DNA from: Chiloscyllium plagiosum
Taxonomy: Eukaryota
Direction: 5' to 3'
Assembly (NCBI RefSeq): GCF_004010195.1
Contig: NC_057720.1
Span: 10,664,652-10,728,651, forward strand
DNA: 64,000 nt
Positions within the stretch are counted from its first letter, which is position 1, and every line of letters starts with the position of its first letter. The notes under the pieces are model-generated. The model was not told the DNA's origin and searched no databases. It saw only the letters and a list, made by a program, of their open reading frames with translations. Shown here piece by piece: positions 24,801 to 36,800 of this stretch. Both the position numbers and the translations under genes were made by a program.

Positions 24801-27800
24801 GCAACTTGCTGATTTACATCTTATGGAACAGGTTACAAGAACAAGAAGTTATCCTATAGGCATTGTGAGCTATCTAGAAAACACAGGAGACATTTTTCAG
24901 TGAGCAGAATACTACAATCAGTGTTGTCCTACCTCGTTACTTCACTGGTTCCATTAAATAAATAGAAGGGCACCAGTTCATTATATTCATCGAAAACTCC
25001 CCACTGAAGATGAGCCCATTCATGAACAAATACTCTATCTGTAGAAACAAGAGCACTTTTTGTTAAAATAATGCAACCAATGTTACATTGTCTACAAAAA
25101 ATAAATGAAATTGTCCTTCTGAAAGTTTGAACTTTGGCATTGTCCATTCATGGGGACACAATACACCCGGATGGCATCAAATTATTTTGTGACTTCACAA
25201 ATCAATGTTTTGTTCCTCTGTGTTAGTGGTGCAGTGTTTCTGAGCATGGGATAGAATTGGTTCTCAGAGGATTCAGCTGAAATGTTCAGTGTTCCATTGT
25301 CTTGGGGAGAAAGGAGCTAAATAAAAAGGATATTGTCCTTTTTGTAGCATTTCTTTTAATTACTTCACCAAGATTCAATAAGCAAATTTTGTTTTTAAAA
25401 GCACCTTATGAATCAGCAATCACAATAAACTGGCGAGAAATTATATACCTCAAATACGGGAAATTTATTGTATTATCATAATCTCTGTGATGACCAAATG
25501 GTCAGTTGAGGGTTTGAGTGAGGGTTTTCATGGGAAAAGCTCTCTGCCGGGAAATTTTATTTAAGGCAAAGGTGCAGATAATAAAAGGATTTTTGTAATC
25601 CCAATTTTGCCTTTGTCATACCTCGTTGTCATAACAACTCTAGTGTTCATTTTTTCTGAAAGCTTGTGATTTCAAATAAACCTGTTGGACTATAACCTAG
25701 TGTTGTGTGACTTCTGACTTTGTCCACCCCAGTCCAACACTGGCACCCCCACCTCATGAGCATCAGCTAGGATCATGTTCACCAACTAAGCAGTCTTAAT
25801 TTGATGCTTAAAGCATATGCTACTCCGTTCTAACTTAGTTCAGATAATTTACCTTTCGGTCCATAAAATGAAACCAGACTGCTGTCCAGTATGAAGTTTG
25901 GTGTGAAGTGAATGTACCGTCCCTTCTCTCCACATCCACCATACTGCAGGGTGTATGGTTCATCTCCATATTTATGGTATGGTTCCGCAATGATCACATC
26001 AGCCTAGGAAAAGTCAAATGGATACGACCGTGTAAGAATCTGTTGGTATCTGATATCGTTTGTCATAACTTTGGCTTGTATTATACAAATCTGAACTAAA
26101 CTTTAACATCTAAAAGTATCATTGACAGTACGATCACAGCTCTTACCTAAGACTAACCTTCTCACTGACATTCAGTTTGGTTCCGCTAGGCCAACTCAGT
26201 TCCTAACCTCATTACAGCCTCTGTCCAAACATGGACAAAAGAGCTGAACTCCAGAGAGGAAGTGAAGTTGACTGCTCTTGACATAGAGATTAGTTCTGAC
26301 CAATCGTATCTTTAAAATTCACTCGCGGGATATGGGTGCCACTGGCTGGCCAGCATTTATTCACTGTCCTTAGGTGCCCTTGAACTAAGTGACTTGTTAT
26401 GCCATTTCAGAGGGCAGGTGAGGGTCAACCACATTGCTTTGGGGGTCTCGAGTCATATATTGGCCAGACCAGGTAAGGATGGCAGTTTTCCTTACTTTTC
26501 CTTTCCAGACAATCAACAATGGCTTCATGGTAATCAGTAGATTCTTAATTCCAATTTAAAAACAGCTAAACTCCATCATCTATCATAGCAGGATTTGAAC
26601 CTGGGTCCCTTGAACATTAGCTAAGGTTCTGGATTACTAGCCCCACAATAATACCACAAGGCCATTGCTTCCCCATCAACTGGCCTCAAGGAGATTTAGT
26701 AGAACTAAGGTCAATGGGAATCAGGGTCAAACACTCCATTGTTTGGAGTTATACTTGGCAAAAAGGAGAAAGTGAGGACTGCAGATGCTGGAGATCAGAG
26801 CTGAAAAATGTGTTGCTGGAAAAGTGCAGCAGGTCAGGCAGCATCAAAGGAGCAGGAGAATCAATGTTTCGGGCAGAAAGGAAGATGGCTGTGATTGTTG
26901 ATTGTCAATCATCTCAGCTCCAGGGTATCACCTCAGGAATTCCCAAGGGCAGTGACCTGAGCCCAACTATCTTCAGTTGCTTGATAAATGGCCTTCCTCC
27001 ATCATCAGGGGTGATATTCACTGATGATTGCACAATGTTCAGCACCAGTCATAATTCCTCTGATACTGAAGTGTTCTATGTTCAAATGTCATGAGATCTG
27101 GACAATGTTCGGTGTTGGACCAATAAAGCGGTAAGTAACATTGATGTCAAATGATTGCCAGGCAATGACCATGCCCAACAATAGAGAATCCAAACATTGC
27201 TCTTTGACATTCAATGCTGAATCCCCAACTATGAACATCTTTTGAAGGGGGTAGCTGAACTGGACGAGCTATTCAAATATTGTTGTTCAAGAGTAGGTCT
27301 GAGACAGGGGGGCTATGCAAGAAGTAACTCATCTCTTGACTAGTTAGGATTTGGAGGTGCCAGTGTTAAAAATCACACAACACCAGGTTGCAGTCCATCA
27401 GGTTTATTCGGAAGCGTTAGCTTTTGGAGCAGTTCTCCTTCATCAGGTGATTGTGGGGTATAAGGTTGTACGACACAGAATTTATAGCAAAAGAATTTTG
27501 TGTGATGCCACCGATATGATATATTGAAAAAATCTGGATTGTTTCTTGACCAGTAATGGAAACATCTCTTGACTCATGATAGAATACTCCCCACTTGCCT
27601 GGATGAGTTCAACTCCACCAGCATTCAAGAAGCTTGACACTATCCAGGACAAAGCCTTCCACCATCTTTAATATTCACTGTCTTCGTCATTGATGCACAA
27701 TGGCAACAGTGTGTACCATCTATAAGATACACTATAGTAACTCACCAGGGCTCCTGCAACAGCATCTTTCATACCTGCAACCTCTACAATTTAGAAGGAC

Positions 27801-30800
27801 AAGAATAACACTACCTACAAGTCTTCCTTTATGCCACCCACCATCCTGATTTGGATCTGTATCTCTGTTCCTTCATTGTCGCTGTGTCAAAATCCTGGAA
27901 GCTCCTTCCTAACAGCACTGTGCGTGCACCTACCCAGCATCGACTGCAATGCAGTGCACCACCATCTTCTCTAGGGAAATTAGGGGTGGTTAATAAATTC
28001 TGGCTTCGTCAGCAATGCCTACTTCCTGCAAAGGAACTGTCATAAAATCTGAGCTATCATGGTTGTGTTAGTTACATGAGTTAGTATGCAGTCATTTGCA
28101 CTATTGTGTTATTAGTACTGCTGGATATGATTCATAGTCTAAGAGTCTGATAACTTGGCACAGTAAAGGAACAGCCTGTGTATTTTTAATCCCTTCTCTG
28201 CCTCGATATTCCCATGGAACAGATACATTCCTGTGCTGGCCCTGAAAATGACCACACCTGTGTTGTCACACACTACACATTTAGAAAAGGATGTGCAGCT
28301 AATGTAAACTTAAAAAAACATTATAATCATCGAATGATTAGAGCACAAAAGGAGGCCATTCAGCCTGTCATATCTCTGCTAGCCCTCTGAAAGCATAATT
28401 CACTTCCTGGGTCTGCCTACATCAGATGGGCTGCAGCGGTTCAAGACAGTAGAATTAGTCTAGTTCCAGTTCCCTTCAGAAGTAATTATTGAACCTGTTT
28501 ATTCAAACCTCTCAGGCATCATAACTACCAAAAAATACATTATTCTTTCTCTTCTAGATCACAGCGGGTAAGCTAACCTGACATGACCTCTTCCTTTTAG
28601 CCATAACATACCGTACTATAAGTAGTAGTAAGCTGAAGCCTTTCAGTCAACAACTGCTTGTTTCATTCACTGTAAAATCACCACCTGGAGTTGAGGGATC
28701 GAGCAGATAATGCGGCTGTCTTGTGGGAGTTTAAGACATCCAAGTTAAAAAATGTCTGTGCACTACACAGACAGTGACTTGCTTTTCAGAGTAACAACTT
28801 GCGTTTATATTTATTTTGTAAAGTTTATTCATGGCATGTAGGCACTGCTGGCTACTTTAGCACTTATTGCTTTCTCCTTGACCTGAATGGGCTTATTGAT
28901 GCCTGTTAAGAGGTCAGTTCAGAGTTTACCACTGAAGATGACAATTAAGAGTTTCCCACATTACAGTGGATCTGAAATTACACGTAGACCAGACCAGGTA
29001 AGGGTGATATCAGTGAACGAGAAGGGTTTTGAACAATATTTGACATTTCAGATTTGTTACGATTGGATTTGGAACAAGCTAGACCTTGAATTCTATATTA
29101 CCAGGCCACTGCCTTCACACATACTTTGAAATTACAACTTTAATGAAGGGGAACATCTCCAGATGCTGCCCAGGAATGTTATTAATCCAAATATGACACA
29201 GAGCCAAATGAGATGATCAGGCAGAGAGGTTTAGGGAGAAAATTCCAGAGTTTGTGAACGTTGGCAGCTGAAGGCATAGCTGCAAATGATGAAGTGATTA
29301 AAATTGCAGATGCTCAAGAAACCAGACTTGGGCAAGCATTGAAATTTTGACAATTTACGGGGCTGGAGTTGAGAAGAGCTAGACTTTTTGGAGGGATTTA
29401 AAAAGAAGGACAGCCTATTTAGCCTCTCCCTATAGCTCAAATGCTCCAACCCTGGCAACATCTGAATAGGCTGGGGGCTGTTTTCCCTGGAGCGTCGGAG
29501 ACTGAGGGCTGACCTTTTAGAGGTTTACAAAATCATGAGGAACATGGATAGTATAAATAGACAAAGTCTTTTTCCCTGGAGTAGGGGAGTCCTGAACTAG
29601 AGGGCATAGAGATGAGAGGGGAAAGATATAAAAGGGATCTAAGGAGTAACCTTTCCATGCAGAGGGTGGTACCTGTATGGAATGAGCTGCCAGAGGAAGT
29701 GGTGGAGGCTGGTACAATTACAACATTCAACAGGCATCTGGATGGGTATATGAATAGGAAGGGTTTAGAAGGATATCGGCCAAATGCTGGAAAATGAGTT
29801 AGGTTAGGATTCTGGTTGGCATGGATGAGTTGGACCAAAGGGTCTGTTTCAGTACTGTATATCTTTATGACTATGACTATAACTGGAAATTTGAAATGCA
29901 TGGCCTATGTTTTCTCTTAATAGTGGTTTCTTGTATCATGTGTGGTATCTATGAGGAGTGAAATCATGAAATGCACTCCCAATTAGCGTGTCTCTGTATG
30001 GTAGCTTGATTTCATAAAGTGATCCCTTTAGTTATTACATTAAATGTTTTAGGGGGAAGAGGGTTGTAGGATTTGAAGGGCACAAATACTATTTAATAAT
30101 TGTTGTGAAGATTAATGGCCGTTATAAGTCAAAAGATTCAGCTAGGATTGGAGGGATATCATAAAATAATTCATATTCATATATTGCATTGTGCAGTTCA
30201 TGTGGCCAAAACTTCGAACCATTTTTACCCTTGACCAAACAACTAAAGATTGAACTGTTCTCCTTTGACCACTAATGAATTTATGGTTATTTTCCCATCA
30301 TATGTACATGGACTATTCATACTTTTTTGGACAGTTCATTGTTTTTAATAGGATCATATCCTTCCTGGTTTTTGACCATCGAATCTGACCCAGTGAAAAC
30401 AGTAGCATAGAATGTAGGGCACAGAAAGAGACAATTGGATTCCATTTGTCTACTTCTTTTTATTCATTCATTCATTCACAGGATGTGGGCATTATTGGTT
30501 AGGGCAGCACTTAGTACCCAGAGGCCAGTTAAGACTCAATCACATTACTGTGGGTCTGGAGTCACATGTAGGAAAGACCAGGTATGGATGGCAGCTTCCT
30601 TCCCTAATGGGCATGAGTGAACGAAATGAGTTTTCTCAATAATTGGGGTCAACATTAGGTGTCTAATTCCAGAATTTTTAAAAGTTGAATTCAAATTCCC
30701 TCATCAGCTATAGTCCAAAGATGTGCAGGCTAGGTGGATTGGCCTTGTTACATTACATTACCTATCGTGTCCAGAGATGTGTAGGTGGATTAGCCATGGG

Positions 30801-33800
30801 GAATGTGAGGTTCCAAGGATGGGATGAGTCTAGATAAGATCTTCTTCAGAGGGCTGAATGGCCTGCTTCCTTGCTATAGGGCTTCTATGACATTACCGTA
30901 ATGTAGCGAGCTTTTGAACCCAAGTTTTTCAAACATTCCCTCGCTCTCTGGATTAAGAATCAAACAATTAAAATGCTAAGCCATCACCTCCTTATACCTG
31001 TACTCATGCTCCACATAAACCTCCTTTATTTAACCCTACTAGCATGATCATCTATTCGTTTTTAGCTTATTTGTTTACCAAGCTTCCCCTTAAATGGATA
31101 ACAAAATTCACCTCACCCATCCCAGTGATGGTGAGTTTCACATGTCAGGTGGAAGTAACGCACTTGAACTGATTTAATTCTAAGATTGACCACCCTTAAT
31201 GGAGTCCTCTTGTCATTGGTGTTAGATTTGCTGATTTTTGCTTTTTGATTTTTTGTTCAGTTACTGTGTAATATCTAACACTCAAGCTATTACCCTCACA
31301 GTTCCACATTCTCCCTATTCTTTGGGTAACACACTTCCCCTGCAATCTTTACAGTGTATATTACTGACTGTATTTTATTTGTAACACTTGGTTATGGATT
31401 TCCCTCCACAAGTTAAAATGCTAATAGAGTCATTGAGTCATAGAGGTATAAAGGGACAGAAACAGACCATCAGTACAGCTCATCCTGCCAACTAGATATC
31501 CAATATAAATATAGTCCCATTTGCCAGAACTTGGGCTATATTCCTCTAAACCCTTCCTATTCATATACCCATCCAGATGCCTTTTAAATGTTGCAATTGT
31601 ACCAACCTCCACCATTTCCTCTGATAGCTCATTCTATACATGCACCACACTCTGCATGAAGAAGTCGTATCTTAGATCCCATTTAAATCTCTCCCCTGTC
31701 ACATTAAGCCTATGCTTTCTAGGTTTAGACTCCTCCACTCTTGTCTATTTACCCTATCTGTGCCCCCCATGATTTTATAAATCTCTATAAGGTCACCCTT
31801 CAGCCTCCGACGCAACAAGAAAAATAGCTCCAGTCTATTCAGCCTCTCTCTATAGCTCAAATCCTCCATCCATGGCAACATCTTGTAAGTCTTTTCTGAA
31901 TCTTGTCTAGCTTCACAACATCCTTCCTATAGCAGGGTGAACAGAATTGCACACAGCACTCCAAAAGTAGCCTAACCAATGCCCTGTACAGCTGCAATAT
32001 AACCTCCCAACTTCAACACTCAATGCACTGGCCAGTAAAGGCTAGCATACCAAATACTTTCTTCATTACTCCATTTTCAAGGAACTATGAACCTGCACTC
32101 CAAGGACTTTTTGTTGAGCAACACTCCCTAGGATCTTGCCATTTAGCGGAGAGGGCTGCTCATTTTGTCTTTCCAAAATGCAGCACCACACATTTATCTA
32201 AATTAAATTCCAGCTGCCACTCCTCAGCCCATTGGCCCATCTTCGCTTTCCACTACACCTCCAATTTTAATGTCATCTGCAAACTTATTAACTATATCTC
32301 CTATGTTCACATCCAAATCATTCATACAAATGACAAAACGTAGTGGACACAGCACTAATCCTTGTGGCACATCACTGGTCACAGGCCTCCAGTCTGAAAA
32401 GCACTTCTCCATCACCACCCTCTGACTCTTGGAAACAACTTTTAAACATCTACACTGTCAAGGCCCCTCAGAATGTTGTATGTTTCAATAAGAACACACC
32501 CATCGTTCTTCTGATCTCTAACCTGTTCTGATCAGTCAGCCCCTTCACCCCAGGAACCTCCCTGGTGAATCTCTTTTGAACTGTGTACAATGCTTATACA
32601 TCCATGTCAGGCAAGGACCATCTCCAACAAGAAAGAATCTAAACATTGCCCCTTGATATTACAGCCACTGAATCACCTACTATCAATATCCTAGGGTGAC
32701 CATTTGTCAGAAACTGAACTGGATTATCTATATAAATACTGTGGCTACAAAAGCAAGTCAGTGGCTCAGAATCCGGCAGTCAGTAAGTCCTGACTCCCCC
32801 AAAGCCTGTCCACCATCTACAAGCAACAATTCAGGAGAGTGATGCAATGCTCTGAATTTGCCTGGATGGGTGCATCTCTAACAATACTCAAGACACCATC
32901 CAGTACAAACCAGTCTGCTTTATTGGCACCAGACCATTCCTTCCACCACCAACAGTGTGTACTATCTAAATGATGCATTGCAGAAGTTCACCAATCGTCC
33001 TTAGACAGTTCCTCCAATCCTGAACAACTACGATCCTGAAGGAGAAGGACAGCTGATGTAGGGGAGCACCATCACCTAGAAGTTTCCCTCCAAGCTACTC
33101 ACCATTCTGACTTGGAAATACATTGCCATACCTTCAATGTCACTGGATCAAATCTCAAAATTCCCTCCCAAATGGCATTGTGGTTCTACTGAACACACAT
33201 GGACTGCAGCAGTTCAAGGAGACGACTCACCACTAACTTCTCATGAGCAGCTATGGAACGCCAATCACACTGCTGTGGGTGTGGAATGGGTGTGGAGTCA
33301 CTTGTTGGCCAGGCCAGGTAAGGAGACAGTTTCCATCACTGAAGCTAGAATACAAGAGCAGTGATGTACTGCTGAATCTGCATAAGGCTCTGGTCAGACC
33401 GAATTTGAAACACAGAACACCAAGCATTACAACACAGTACAGGCCCTGTGGCTCTCAATGTTCCACCGACTTGTGAAACCAATCTGAAGTCCATCTAACC
33501 TACACTATTCTAGCTTCATCCATATGTCTATCCATTGACCATTTAAATGCCCTTAAATTGGCAAGTCTACTACTGTTGCAGGCAGTGCGTTCCATGCCTC
33601 TAGTACTCTCTGAGTAAAGAAACTACCTCTGACATCTGTCCTATATCTATCATCCCTCAACTTAAATCTGTCATGGTGGGATTGGAAGCCATGTTCCAGA
33701 ACATTACTGCATCTCCAGATTAATACTATAGCAATAATATCACAAAGTCATCATCTACACAATACAAATGCCGTGTGCTTCAGATAAAAAGCCATCAGTT

Positions 33801-36800
33801 TTATATCCTTATTAATTATTCTTGATCTATTTTGTGATGTATTCTTCTGCATATATTTTCTATCCTTTCCTGTCACACTTTGATTATTGTTCACTTGTTA
33901 ACTACCCGTAACCTTTGCCTTGTTTTGATTTTAAAACTGCCCTTCAAATCTACACTCCCTACAGTAATTAGTTCAATGCTCTGTCTTCCGCTAGTTGCAC
34001 ACTTTGCTGGGATCCTAATCCCAGGGTTAGGGACTGGCAATAAATGCTGGCCTAGCCAGTGACACCCACATCCCACAAGTGAATGAATAAACAATAATTA
34101 CTTGAGAATTTCTTTCTTTATTTTGGAATGCTTCTTGGTTTTGCATATGGAGTTTATAGATTTGGAGATACTGGTGTTGGACTGGGGTGGACAAAGTTAA
34201 AAATCACACAACACCAGGTTATAGTCCAACAGGTTTATTTGGGAACCCTAGCTTTTGGAGTGCTGCTCCTTCATCAGTTATAGAGTTGATTTCACCATGC
34301 ATGTGAGAGAGGAAAGATTTAAAAGGGATCAAAGGGGCAACTTTTTCAAAGAGAGGGTGGTGTGTGTATGGAATGAGCTGCCAGAGGAAGTGGTAGAGGC
34401 TGATACAATTACCACATTGAAACATCATCTGCATGGGTCTATGAATAGGAAGGGTTTAGAGAGATGTGGGCCAAATGCTGGCAAATGGGACTAGATTTAT
34501 TTAGGATATCTGGTCGGCATGGACGAATTGGACCGAAAGGTCTGTTGCCATTCTGTAAAACTCTATGACTCTATCTGAACAAGGAACCTGAGCTGACAAT
34601 TGCATGGATGCATGAAGGGAACAGTGTGGTGTTAGATATGGTATTTTATAAAATGGCACATTCTAAACCATCTGCATTACACCAATATCTGCATCATTTG
34701 TGCTACCGGTGCACTCAGACTGTATCCCTTCCAGATCTCTCCACTCATGTGGCCCTCCAACAACACCCTCCCCACCCCAGCTTCCTGCCACTATTCCTAA
34801 ACACCAGAACTACTTTGCAGTCTTCCAAAATCTCAACAGGCTCATTTGCTTTCCAGGATCACACAACTCTTTCATCTGCATTGGTTAATCATTTTGGTTT
34901 AGGCTTTCCCAAATTGGCACAAGAGAATCTCAGACTGAAGAAAGGGAAAAACAGTAATGCCATGTAAATAATCATCGATTTGAGGTGTACACGACAAAGC
35001 TGACCACTACTTTAAATCTAACATTCTGGTAAAGTTATCATGTTCTGAACAGCCAATGTATTCTTTTTAGACTAGAATGGGCAGGATTGTGAGACTCAAT
35101 TCCCAAAGCCCCAGTGTTAACTTTAAGAATGCAGTGTCTTGGAAAGGAAAATTATTTTGTTCATCTATTTATTGCAAAGTATAGTCCCAGTTTTACTTCA
35201 CATGGATAGTATTCCTTGTGAGCTGTTCAGCCATAGATAATTCGGGATGGGACCATTCGCCACAGCAGATTCACCACCGCCGATTAGCCACTGCCCTTTG
35301 ACCACCGAAGACACTTAGCCACCACCCATTGGCCACTGAAGGCGATTCGCCACTGCAAGTAAGTCATATATTTTGAATATTGGTGGTATATAAAATTGTC
35401 GTGATATTGGTTCAGGTAGTGTTTGTGTTGTTTCAGTAACAACTTATTTTCATTACAGGAGAGTTTTTTTTAAGCTTGTATTTCTGGAACAGGAATTTTT
35501 AGTATGGAAACAGAAATTATTAGTAAACGTTGAAATAAGAAGTTTTACCACAATGGTTTTATATATATATTTGATAAACTATCCAAGAGTGATTCAAGTA
35601 TTAAGTTTTGGCGATGTGAACAAAGGGGCCGATGTAATGGACAGATCCACACCAACAGTGGCACTGTGATAAAAACAATTAATGGACACACACATTCTCC
35701 TTCCGCGGCATTTGTGTTCAAGTTGCGAAAGTGAAAACATGTTTAAAACGTCGTGCAGAAGAACCGCAGGAAGTACCTAGTGTCCTTATTAACGAATGTG
35801 TAGCTGATGTCCCTCAGTCAGTCCTAGCATCTTTACCGACGACAAGCAGCATGAAGAAAATAATTCGCGAAAAAGAAATGATATTAGTTTAGCGCCACCA
35901 AACCCTACTGATCTTCAGCATTTGGTGATTCCAATTAGACACAAAATATATAAGCCAGACAATGGAGAAGAAGAAAAATTTATTTTGGTGGATAGTGGTC
36001 AAGGAAATAATCGTATAATCATATTTGTTAGGGAATCTTGGATACATCATTTAGCAGAATCCACGTGGTTTGTGGATGGTACATTCAACATAGCCCCTAT
36101 TTTATTCTCTCAGGTATATTGTATTTTAGCAAAAAGACTTGATGGGGTTCATCCAATATTGTATATACTTCTACCAAATAAGCAGCATTCAATGTATGTA
36201 TGCATGTTTGAAATGGTGAAGTCCTTGGTACCTAATCCCAGACCACAGTATATCCATTGTGACTTTGAGCAGGAACCTATCAGTGCTATGAGAGAATGTT
36301 TTCCTGAAGTTAGAATTAGGGGCTGTTTCTTTCATTTGGCGCAAAGTATCTATAGACATATTGCTGCAGTTGGAGCAACTCATCAGCACAACACCGATCC
36401 TGATTATGCTTTAAAAGCACAAATGATAATTGCTTTGGCTTTTGTGCCACTTAGTGACCTTGATAACTACGTAGAAGCACTCGCAGATTTTTTACCTCAA
36501 GAACTACAACCAATACTAGACTGGTTTGAATTTAATTATATTGGACTCTACAATAGACGTGGCAGTAGCCGAAGGGCACCTTTGTTTCCCCATGATATGT
36601 GATCAGTCTATGAAACAACAATAAACGATGAAGATCACACAAATAATCACGCTGAAGCCGCTCATCGGAGAATTGCTTTTGAACTCAGAGCTCACCACCC
36701 AACCTTATGCATTGGAACGTTAATGAAAGTGCAAAAGGGCGTGATTTATGTATGGAACAGCTGATAGCGGGTTACCCACCACAAATAAAGCTAAAAACGT

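Noticed and set aside
35254..35355. CRISPR-like or regulatory repeat array
   Set aside because: Short degenerate units with irregular spacing directly upstream of a transposase in a eukaryote; best explained as subterminal transposon repeats.
35922..36602. Domesticated, functional MULE gene
   Set aside because: Stops and frameshifts separate this ORF from the N-terminal zinc finger and from the catalytic Glu region.
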